From positions 11,176,662 through 11,240,661 of the forward strand of contig NC_068997.1 of the NCBI RefSeq assembly GCF_001194135.2: a stretch of 64,000 nucleotides of DNA, given 5' to 3'. The stretch comes from Octopus bimaculoides (lineage: Eukaryota). The first letter of the stretch is position 1, and each line of letters begins with the position of its first letter. The notes under the pieces are model-generated. The model was not told where the DNA came from. It saw nothing but the letters and a program-made list of their open reading frames with translations, and did not search any database. The position numbers and the translations under genes are program-made. Positions 53,654 to 64,000 of this stretch are shown here, one piece after another.

Positions 53654-55378
53654 TATATGCATCCATATGTATATATGTGTGTATTTGCGACTATAAGAAT
53701 TGTGTTCATGCGACCACAATCAGGTTTCGTTTACATAAAGTAGTGATGAGGAATTTAAGCTACAATGTAAATACAAAGGAAGTATTTTACTCTCTTCTTT
53801 TGTTTAATAGCCTTAGCTTTCCTGAAATATCTATTTTTTTATGTGACTCATATCTAAGCATATATATTATTTACACATGGTCATACACAACGTACCAATC
53901 TCTGACTATATGTACATGTCAGTGAGAACATCTGCTTATTGTTGACTTTCGTGTCCCTCAGGCTACTATTGCATGTAAGCATATACGACAATGATGCTAC
54001 CAATTAAATACCTATAAGAAAATTTACGTTTTTGCAACTCTGACACACAAATATGATAACTTGTCAAACTTCACCATTGTATAAGTAAAAACTGAATAAC
54101 TTTTATATTGTAACTGTATCTTGTAAATTTTTTGATATAGAGCCAGTGATCATCACTCGAAAAAATCAAGTTTGTTTATGAAAATATTTTTGTTGAAGTG
54201 ATAGTATATTTCTAACACTGTTGAAATGTATTCGTACAAACCACCTAGGAGCAGTGTGGTTGCATATAAAATTGCATAACATGCATTTCAGTGCAAAATT
54301 TTCCATAAAATATATTGTATACATTTAGGGGAAATTCATAAAATTATCCCATTAATAATTACGGAGTGTTTTTGTTCCATCCGTTATTCGTATTTGAGTC
54401 CATATATCATACAGGAAATTGTATAGGATAGAATCATGCATAAAGCATCGTAAAATGATATATTTATTTCATTCGATACCAACATTCTCAGAAAACATGA
54501 CATTCATTGACATTTATTGAATAAAATATAAAATGGCATTTTTACCTCTAAAGTTTATACGATGAATTCTTGTAAATAATAATTTATATAATAAACAAAA
54601 CGACGCTAATCTTCAGATAAAAAAACAACCATGTAACATTAAACAGAAAAGGGCTATGTGATATTTATGGCTTTTGCCACGCTGTATACTGGTTGGTAAA
54701 ATCAAATGGGATATAGAGAGATCTTTATTTGAAAACAGTAATAATGATATTTTAATAAATCCCATTGCTGTATCAATGAACATATAAGTACCCATGTCTG
54801 GGATAGTTATATGATTTCCTAATATGGTATTCCTTATGTTAATGTCCAATGAAATGACTCATGGTTATTTTGATATTTGCGAGTTCTGGATATACATATG
54901 CATATGCTTGTTTGTATATATATACATATATATATATATATANNNNNNNNNNNNNNNNNNNNNNNNNNNNNNNNNNNNNNNNNNNNNNNNNNNNNNNNNN
55001 NNNNNNNNNNNNNNNNNNNNNNNNNNNNNNNNNNNNNNNNNNNNNNNNNNNNNNNNNNNNNNNNNNNNNNNNNNNNNNNNNNNNNNNNNNNNNNNNNNNN
55101 NNNNNNNNNNNNNNNNNNNNNNNNNNNNNNNNTATATCAGCATATATCTCTATATTTTCGTATCTACCAACCTACTTACCTGTCTCAGTTTCTCTCTCTT
55201 TCTCTGTATATATATTATAGAAAGTATGAGGATGTTGTTTATAACACTATCAGTGGCTTAGCATGCGTTAAAAAAATCATAAAGGTAAACAATTATTAAT
55301 TAATAATGAAGGATACTAGAAATAGCACCAGCATTGTAAAATAGTAATCAGGAACGACTTAAGACCAAAAGTTTTCAT

Positions 55379-56013
55379 TAAAACACAGAGCTGAAATCGG
55401 GAAAATGGGCAAAACTTGCCTCAAGGCCCCATACAAATTACGAAAAAAAAATCGTAAATTGAAAAGCCAGACATACCTTTATCACAACGATTTTAAACTT
55501 TGTGAAAATATCATTTAGTCATCGTCAACGAGTGTTACTGACCTAGGGTCCTAAAGTTTGCCCATTTCAACCAATGTGTGCGATGAACATTTTTAATGCC
55601 GCAGCAAATTTTAAAATGTGACCAAAGTGAAGCAAAATTATAAACGAATATAAGGACCTTGTTTACAACAATATTAGTCTTGTTGGTGCTATCTATAGTA
55701 CCTTTCTTTATTAATTAATAATTATTTACCTTTTGCTGAAAATATCGTTATATTTTTGGTAATTTTTATTCTTTTCGATCACCTTTTCAAATTTCATGTG
55801 GCATTAGAAACGGTCATTGGACACATTGGTTGAGACGGGCAAGATTTATAATCCTAGGTCAATAACATTTGCTGACGATGACTACGTGATATATTCACAA
55901 AGTTTGAAACCTATGCGATACAAGTATGTCTTTTCAATGTACGATTTTTCGTCATTTCTATGGGGTCTTAAAGTTATTTTTGCCCATTTCCCCGATTTCT
56001 CCTTAGTGTTTTA
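55379..56013. repeat. Older fold-back element: about 200-bp inverted arms (55379-55579 / 55821-56013), about 240-bp spacer
   Basis: The reverse complement of the left arm aligns along its length with the right arm (acacattggttga..., cctaggtca, gacgatgact, ttcacaaagttt, gtatgtc, tatgggg, ttttgcccattt, cccgatttc, gtgtttta); roughly three-quarters identity by eye. Confidence 0.85.
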
Positions 56014-56082
56014 GTGCAAATTTGTGTTCTTAAGTGGTTTCTGACAGTTTTAGCATGGTATCTCTAGAACCCTTCATTATTA

Positions 56083-56084
<2 letters not shown>

Positions 56085-56133
<49 letters not shown>

Positions 56134-56144
56134 CATACACACAA

Positions 56145-56179
<35 letters not shown>

Positions 56180-56392
56180 CGCATAATTATAATCATGGTT
56201 CACCAAAAATATGTATATATATGGATATATATATATATATATGTACGTATATATATGTATATATACATATATGCGTATATACATGTATATATATATGTAT
56301 CTATATATCTATCTATATATATATGTATATACATGTATATATATATATATAAATACATACATATATATATATATATATATGTGTGGGGGGTT

Positions 56393-56428
<36 letters not shown>
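56085..56428. repeat. Compound (TA)n/(CA)n/(TG)n microsatellite block
   Basis: Directly visible. Confidence 0.95.
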
Positions 56429-59000
56429 CTATTTATAAGAATTTGACAGGACAAAGGAAAGAAACGATCATGGTAGGAAATTCATAAAATATTTGTTTGT
56501 TTTCTTTGTCATCCCAATATCTTATAATCACTCTGTATTCGACTGACGCTTCATAGGGATTCATATTTGTATTTAGTTTCAACACCAGGTTATTTAGACA
56601 TATATACACATATATCACTATATTTCGCAGCATATAATATAAAACCTCTGGAATATTGCAATTAATGTGAACAACCTATAATGCGGGTTGCCTTATATAC
56701 AGTGCCTGTAGCGTGTTGCAGCTTTGAACAATTTCTACAATGTAAAGAAAGTGTATTCAATACGTTGTTGGATTTAACAAGAATCCACAGTAATTTCCGA
56801 TAGGATATACGAAAATTACTATAACGGTGCTGCAATTTTCATACTCAGAATTTTGTCAAATGCTGGATATTATAGAAGGAAAATTACATTTCATTGACAC
56901 CAAGGGAACGGGTAATATTATTGCGTCTTTTGCAGCAAAATTTAGGTTTATCAAATAGGGCAAACTAATGGAACAAATGACATACACTTTAATTTTCAAT
57001 ATTTTCAATTGCGACGATCAGTGATTATGGTACACCACCCGTATTCGACGTGAACCAAAATCTACGCTGTAGTGAGGTAAAATTCGTAAGCAGGCAGCTA
57101 GATAACTCACCCTTTCTCTTTCACATTAAGCTTGTACTTTTTTTGATTGTAATAATTCTTTGCAATCAGAATTCAGTTGTCGAAGTGTGCATGTGCTTTT
57201 TCTTGCTTTATTTCTGAGACTCTAGGAAGTTTGCATCTATTCATCACAAAGAAATTGCATACGGAAAGAAGGCGTGAATAATCCGGCAAATGATTTGTTC
57301 AAATACTTGACCATAGTAAATGTTTATTCGGTATTAGAATGTCATGTGTCTCAGTATGTCGCATTCTGACCAATGCAAAAGAGAACTTGCTTAGTCCTTC
57401 CAGCATTGCTTTGAACTTTGTCTAATGCTCATTCAGTAAAACGAATACAAATCGTAATTGAGAAATCCTCTATTCTAGTAAGGACACACCTTCAGTTATT
57501 TCAAGGTCGGAGTTCTATGTCCTGTCCATTTTTCATATATGCTATCATTATAAACTATTCTCCAGCGCTTCAGCGCTTCAGTAGAGAAATGCAGCAAAAA
57601 GAGGATACTTTCACCTCACGTATGCAAAATAGCTGGTCATGTGTAACGTGACTATATTCTGTCTAAACAAACAAGGATTTAGATTTCATTGAAAAAGAAA
57701 AAAATACATATTTCAGTTGTCTTAAGAACTATATATTAGTCTTCTTTTTGGGCTTCAATTCTTTTTGTGCTCTACGGAACTTAGTGAACAATAGCTCTCT
57801 ATCTACAATTGTGTATTGTTTTGTACTAGATATAAGTAAACCGATAAATTCTATTTTTGGTAAATACGTGCAGAATAAAAAGGAAATTACAAGATTAATA
57901 TAATCGCACACAATTCCCCAAAGAAACACGTCCTGTGGGGAAAAAATAATATTGCATTTTCTTTCTTGAATATTCAGATATTTTACATTATGCCGGTGTG
58001 TAACATGTGAACATTTAATAATTATCAAATTTATGACCACCATTTCATTTATAGAAAGATAAGGATAGAAAATCAGTACAACTACCGGAGCTCAAAAATA
58101 TAGCTGTTTGCTTTGCCAAACAACAATTGTGTCACGATCATTTCTTGTACACTCGCTTGTTTTTTTGCTTCATTTCGCTGAAATGTGTTTATAGTGAAAG
58201 AGTAGAAAATAGAATATTCATTTCTGGCTGATCTATTTTTGTGGACAGTCACACATTTTTGGATTTTATTCTTTATTTGTGGCACGGCATTTATATCTAA
58301 TTAGGAAGGGTATAGTACTCTTATCGAGGTATCTGCATCTATATTTCAATTTCTATTTCAATCAACAACCACACGATCGTATGCATGCATACATGATTAT
58401 TATATGTATACATTGTGTTTTTATTTATTTTCATCTTATAAGGGTTTCTTGTACATTTTCTGGAAGATTTTTCTCAAGACTTCACTCTTTTATTATACAA
58501 AACACAAACTAAATTAGTTTGCACTCAGAGATGATATATTGTGCGAATGCCCTACTTATACGAGAGGAAATTACAAAATGAAATTTGAAAAAAAAAAAGA
58601 GAGAGAAACTCACCATTGAACACAATAGAAAATAATTCCAACTTGAATGATATAATGCATTTGAAAGAACCGAATACAATAGAACTAGTTATCTGCATAT
58701 ACTTGCATCTTTGTAACGGGAGGAAGTCGGTTCAATTGAATGTGCTCGTATTTATTTTTTACTCAGAATGTTTATTCTATGTGACTTTATATTTTCCTTT
58801 GTATTATTTTGCTCAATATCTGACTAGATTGCTTCTAAATTGGTGCAGAATCTTGCAGTGTTTTAGTTGAATCTATAATTTCAGGCATTAATCATTAGAA
58901 GAAAGGTAGATTATCATAATATGGAAAACACACACAAGCGTTCGAATGAATTAAAACTTAAATTTCTACATATTTATTCTATATTTTTATGCTCCTTATA

Positions 59001-59605
59001 CATGGTGGCTTCAAAATGTTTCCGCACTGGTCCTGTAACGCCAACAGATGGCAGCACAAAGTTGCGTTTGCAATGAGAGCAAGCAATGAAGCAATGTGTT
59101 GAGTGACGTCAGAACTGACCATGCGGTGTGTCTCTGTCAAGAGTATCTCCTGCGTGCTGACAACTGACCAGAAAGAACATCACGTTGAAGTCTGTAAATA
59201 TTTCCGTCAGCGTTCCGTGGATGACACGTCCTTCATGTTGAGGATCATTGCCGGTGACGGGAGTTGGGGCTACGGGTACGACCCTCAGACTAAGCAGCAG
59301 CCGTCAGAATGGAAGTAGCCTTCATGTCTACAACAGAAGTCACGAGAAAACGGCAGCTCAGACAAGAACATGCACATCGACTTTTCGTCAACATGCGCGA
59401 TATTGTACATCGAGAATTCGTTCCCGAGAACCAGACCTTTGATTAAGAGTTTTACTGCGACGTTTTGCACTTTTCAGCGATAATATTCGAGGAAGGCGAC
59501 CGAATCTGTGGGGTACGAACAATTGGATTCTTCAGGACGACTATGCACCCAATCAACGAGCGAGCTCTTGTCAATCGTTAGTTTTTCGACAAACAGTAAA
59601 GCGAG
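59001..59605 (+). pseudogene. Internally deleted mariner (DD34D-type) transposase fragment
   Basis: TMRCVSVKSISCVLTTDQKEHHVEVC...SFMLRIIAGDGSWGYGYDPQTKQQPSEWK, IVHREFVPENQT..EFYCDVL, RRPNLWGTNNWILQDDYAP; 5' TIR-like ta|catggtggcttcaaaatgtttccgcact. Confidence 0.9.
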
Positions 59606-59648
59606 TAGCCACGTCAAAGAGACAGATGTCACTACTAGTTTAACCCCG

Positions 59649-59922
59649 TGACCATCGGTCACTAATTTGCAACAGCCATAATAACTAGTTATAATATTTC
59701 AAGAAGAGATAGAGTAGTAACGTATACTAAACAGTACACGGAGTAGCCACATCGGAGCGGTAGATGAATGTTAGTACTAGATTAATCCGAAGCGGATTCT
59801 CCACCCGCTGGTTTTCACTGCAAGATCTGCACCCTTTAGTTTAGTATACGTTACTACTCTATCTCTTTTTGAAATATTACAACTAGCTATTTTGCTTGTT
59901 GGAAATCAGTGACCGATTGTCA
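59649..59922. repeat. Inverted repeat: 84-bp arms, 106-bp spacer
   Basis: 59649-59732 versus 59839-59922: 9 mismatches and no indels by hand; inner 29 bp perfect. Confidence 0.95.
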
Positions 59923-59984
59923 TTTTGTTCACAATATATTGCTGGCAGAGGCGGATCTTAACTACACTCCACTGCGGAGGTGCA

Positions 59985-60029
59985 CGCAGCTGACGTGAGC
60001 ATAATAATTCGAAACCGGCCGGTCCTGCG
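59985..60029 (+). ncRNA. Minimal type I hammerhead-ribozyme-like motif (Penelope-type), with one core deviation
   Basis: cgcag | CUGACGU | gag-cauaauaa-uuc | GAAA | ccggccgg | UC | cugcg. Stem I cgcag/cugcg is perfect, stem II has 3 bp, stem III is palindromic, the cleavage triplet is GUC; U replaces the conserved A9. Confidence 0.55.
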
Positions 60030-60747
60030 ATCCTGTCAGCTGTATGTATATATACATATATATACACATACATGCACGTATATATCGGGGGTATGCGCAA
60101 TTAATTTATTACAAAACAGATATGATTTGCATTTAAGAGAAAATGGATTAGTATCGTAATGAGTAAATATGATGTGAACTCTTTCTATTAGAAATTCTTC
60201 TATTACAGAAGCAATATAATTATGCAAAATGTGTCAAACTCTAAATATTGCATTACTTATATCTGGGGTCGATAGGATATTAATCACTTCTGTCGACAAC
60301 GATGAATGTATCACTATCCTGAAAATATACAATAATATAATTTTCATCAGAATATATAGAAAATCTATTATACGTATGATATATCTTCCATGTAATATAT
60401 CTTGAATGACGAAGCTCAGGGCAAATGCTGTATTATTTGTAATGAATTGGCAGTACTCAGTGAATAGTTTACGCTAGATAACCAGTAATTATATTAATTG
60501 AATCCATCAGCAAAATATAGAAATATACTTTAAAATATTTCAGACCAGGCATTCTATATTTTCACCTGTATCACCACTCTAGACAAATAATATATATAAT
60601 TTTGAACTACAGAAATAAAAGAGGCAAGCGTTACTTAGATATTATCAATGGAAATCTACATGCACACACAAACACACGTACATACACAAACATAGAAACA
60701 CAAGCATGTGGATGTTTGTATACATATACTTACGCACACACACATAC

Positions 60748-60779
<32 letters not shown>

Positions 60780-61258
60780 GTATATATGTATGTATATATA
60801 TATATANNNNNNNNNNNNNNNNNNNNNNNNNNNNNNNNNNNNNNNNNNNNNNNNNNNNNNNNNNNNNNNNNNNNNNNNNNNNNNNNNNNNNNNNNNNNNN
60901 NNNNNNNNNNNNNNNNNNNNNNNNNNNNNNNNNNNNNNNNNNNNNNNNNNNNNNNNNNNNNNNNNNNNNNNNNNNNNNNNNNNNNNNNNNNNNNNNNNNN
61001 NNNNNNNNNNNNNNNNNNNNNNNNNNNNNNNNNNNNNNNNNNNNNNNNNNNNNNNNNNNNNNNNNNNNNNNNNNNNNNNNNNNNNNNNNNNNNNNNNNGT
61101 GTTTGTAGACAGTTGAAAAGAAAACGTTTAACCAAAAAAATATTAAATGATAGCATTGTAGCTGCAGATGGGCCACCATAGTCACATGGCAACCAATATA
61201 TCTACACCCATTATGCCACTGTATACACACATGCACACACACATACACACACACACAG

Positions 61259-61299
<41 letters not shown>

Positions 61300-62165
61300 T
61301 ACCTTAGCTTTTCTCAAAATTTCTTCTCTCAAATCATTTCCCTTTCAGTGTCGTTTTCGGACTGAGAAGTGACCACATGTCACGCGGTGCCACGTCGGTA
61401 GAATAGGCAGCCTATGTTTTTTTTTATGACCAGGAAATATTACAAAATATAGAGAGAAACATCAGGCGAATTATCGTGATGAATTTTCCAATTCTTCGAG
61501 AACAAACGTCCGTCCGCTTCTGAGGAACACCTTCAAGAGGATGGCATTTAATCTCTAGATACTTTTTGTTACTGATGTGTTTTATCTTGTGGTGCGTAAT
61601 CATGAGGTACATCATCTTCAAATTGCTGGGAAACTGCCGTGCTTTTTGGTCGTAGGTAATTATAGATGCTTCCCCTGGAAGAACTGGAAAGTGCTCGTAA
61701 ATATAAGCTCGTGTGACTTCAACAGAGGTGATGGTCACCTTGAAGTCCGGTTTGTGGTTTGCACACTCCCAGATTTTCGCCGACAATCTATATTTTGTAT
61801 TCCGGTGGCCATGTTTAAAGTCTTTGAACCACGCCTAGCTCTGAGGTTTGCTCATGATATCACCACTAAAAACCTGCTGAATATTTTGGATGGTTTGAGC
61901 TTGAGTATCGGCAAGCTTCTTGGCAAAACTTGATGCAATATTTCCGTCTCTTCGATGTGTTCCATCAACATGAAAATCGGTTAAGTTCGCGTCATCGTGT
62001 ACACTGAAAGCATACGAGCCGTCATCTGACGCGGCGTACCAGCGGCAAACTTTTCGACCAAGCACTTAAAATATGGCATCACATACCAACCAATGGATTT
62101 TGACCAGGCGGCAAAAATTGTGGCGTTAAAAAAAATAAAGTTTTATACTTTCTAAATGGACCTCG
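61300..62165 (-). pseudogene. Decayed mariner transposase
   Basis: KKLADTQAQTIQNIQQVFSGDIMSK (HTH), QKARQFPSNLKMM, NWKIHHDNSP, YSTDVAPRDMW...KTTLKGK*FE (YSPDLAP motif); TIR-like cgaggtccatttagaaagta at the 62165 end. Confidence 0.85.
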
Positions 62166-62541
62166 AAAATGTTTCATACATAAGGAAGTAAAGAGAAGAA
62201 AACAGAAAGAGAAATAAATGAGGAGGAAATATTTAGTGACTCTGTACAATTGTTGTGAATATCGCGTCAGGAAGAATAAAATTTTGAGTTATTTAATAGA
62301 AGCTATTGTTAACCACCAGTAATAAATGAATAATACATTCCTATATTGTATTTGATGTTTCGCTTTTATAAAGCAAGCAAGATATAATAACTTTATATAT
62401 TTTATTACTCAAGAGACCGTGTTGCTAATTTCATTAATTAATCTGTCTAGAAAAATATATGCATGCATACGTATTATAAATGTGAGAGTGTGTGTATGTC
62501 TGTGTGTGTGCTAGAGCGTGTGTGTGTATGTATGCATGTGC

Positions 62542-62589
<48 letters not shown>

Positions 62590-62772
62590 NNNNNNNNNNN
62601 NNNNNNNNNNNNNNNNNNNNNNNNNNNNNNNNNNNNNNNNNNNNNNNNNNNNNNNNNNNNNNNNNNNNNNNNNNNNNNNNNNNNNNNNNNNNNNNNNNNN
62701 NNNNNNNNNNNNNNNNNNNNNNNNNNNNNNNNNNNNNNNNNNNNNNNNNNNNNNNNNNNNNNNNNNNNNNNN

Positions 62773-62809
<37 letters not shown>

Positions 62810-62838
62810 ATATGTATATGTATGCATTTAATTATATT

Positions 62839-63200
62839 TATTCTCTGCAACGTCGCCGTCAGCGCTACATCCTCTGCATGATGTGGAAACGTTTCCATGA
62901 GACTTGACCAAAAGATGGCATCACCTTTCAGATACACCCTAGGCTTGGCCCCTGTGCTCTCCATCCAGAACATAAATCACATCTACATCTCATAACAACA
63001 ATACGGCAGAAGTATTACACCTCAATTATCCCCGCTCTCTTTAACATTACACCAAAACTCATTCAAGTAGGAACAGACAGACCACATGCATTGCAAGACG
63101 TCTTTACACAATTTTTTTCAACAACCCTAGATAAACCTCCTGCATCCGGATATCACACCGTAAATAATAACTCTCCTACTTCTCTGGGCCATGTTGTCTG
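62839..63200 (+). mobile_element. CR1/L2-like LINE 3' end
   Basis: YSLQRRRQRYILCMMWK...ITFQIHPRLGP...PALFNI...DKPPASGY matches the post-RT YSLxRRRERY...HxRLG...GPxLFN...PDxP motif series. Confidence 0.8.
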
Positions 63201-63393
63201 AATCCTGATTTGAATGATTTCGCCAGGTGGTGCTTTTAGACATGTCCTGGGCCAATACTGACCGAAACCTATCAAAGTATATATATTGTTTGCTCATATT
63301 TCTTTCATTCTCAACGAAAATTGTCCGTCGAACGGGGAAAGTGAAACACTGGGAAGCAGTTTTTTGTGATGTCTTTGCAGTTTTATTAATGAA

Positions 63394-63395
<2 letters not shown>

Positions 63396-63466
<71 letters not shown>
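63396..63466. repeat. (TA)n microsatellite
   Basis: Directly visible. Confidence 0.97.
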
Positions 63467-63467
<1 letters not shown>

Positions 63468-64000
63468 TGAATTTTAGAGTTCAAGCGGAACGTAAGTACC
63501 ACACACAATGCACTCCAGTGGTTCCTCGAGTCGTTGATAAGAATAACAACCAACTGGTATTGTAGTAAATGTCGATGAGAAGGAAAAAAATGATTTTAAA
63601 TTCTACCAATCAGTGAACATGGTGTGCATCCCAATGAATGAAGAGACACGCAATGTGGTCGACGCATGTGTATATGTGACCTTAATTAGATCTCGCATAG
63701 ATGCGCGGTGTTGTTGTCGTCACTGAGGTTATCAACTCAGTCAATTATTTTCTATGGCACCACCCGAGTTACAGTACACGTCCAACCAATGTGAGAAATA
63801 GGGTGATTGAGGCAAAATCATTATGAACTTTGCGGCATATGGAATGAACGATAGGTATGAATATATACTAATAACAATAAGTAATTTCGCATAAATTGGG
63901 TTAAATAAAGTGAAGAATATTAAAAACAAAAAAAATCTTGGAAGGTCTTTGAAGTTTCTCAGCATATAGAGGCATTATATATATGTATGTATATATATAT

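Overview
AT-rich, microsatellite-dense eukaryotic DNA from a gapped short-read assembly, with 17 N-runs that are mostly flanked by (TA)n/(CA)n. The SINE families resemble those I recall from Octopus (coleoid cephalopod); this taxonomic call is an inference. I found no convincing host protein-coding exon, tRNA, rRNA or CRISPR. Most ORFs in the track are microsatellite or gap artefacts, and the rest are decayed transposon frames. The window is a transposon graveyard. It holds Tc1/mariner relics of several lineages: DD34D mariners, an Hsmar1-like copy, a Tc1 copy, two DD37D/maT copies in opposite orientation and a mariner MITE. It also holds a three-block scrambled R4/Dong-type LINE next to a (TAA)n/(TTA)n palindrome, CR1-like LINE pieces, an internally deleted Ty3/gypsy element with PPT and an intact-ended 450-bp LTR, and tRNA-derived SINEs including a TSD-flanked trimer. 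The most unusual structures are three long fold-back inverted repeats (162, 84 and about 200 bp arms) and a minimal Penelope-type hammerhead-ribozyme-like motif at 59985-60029 beside one of them.
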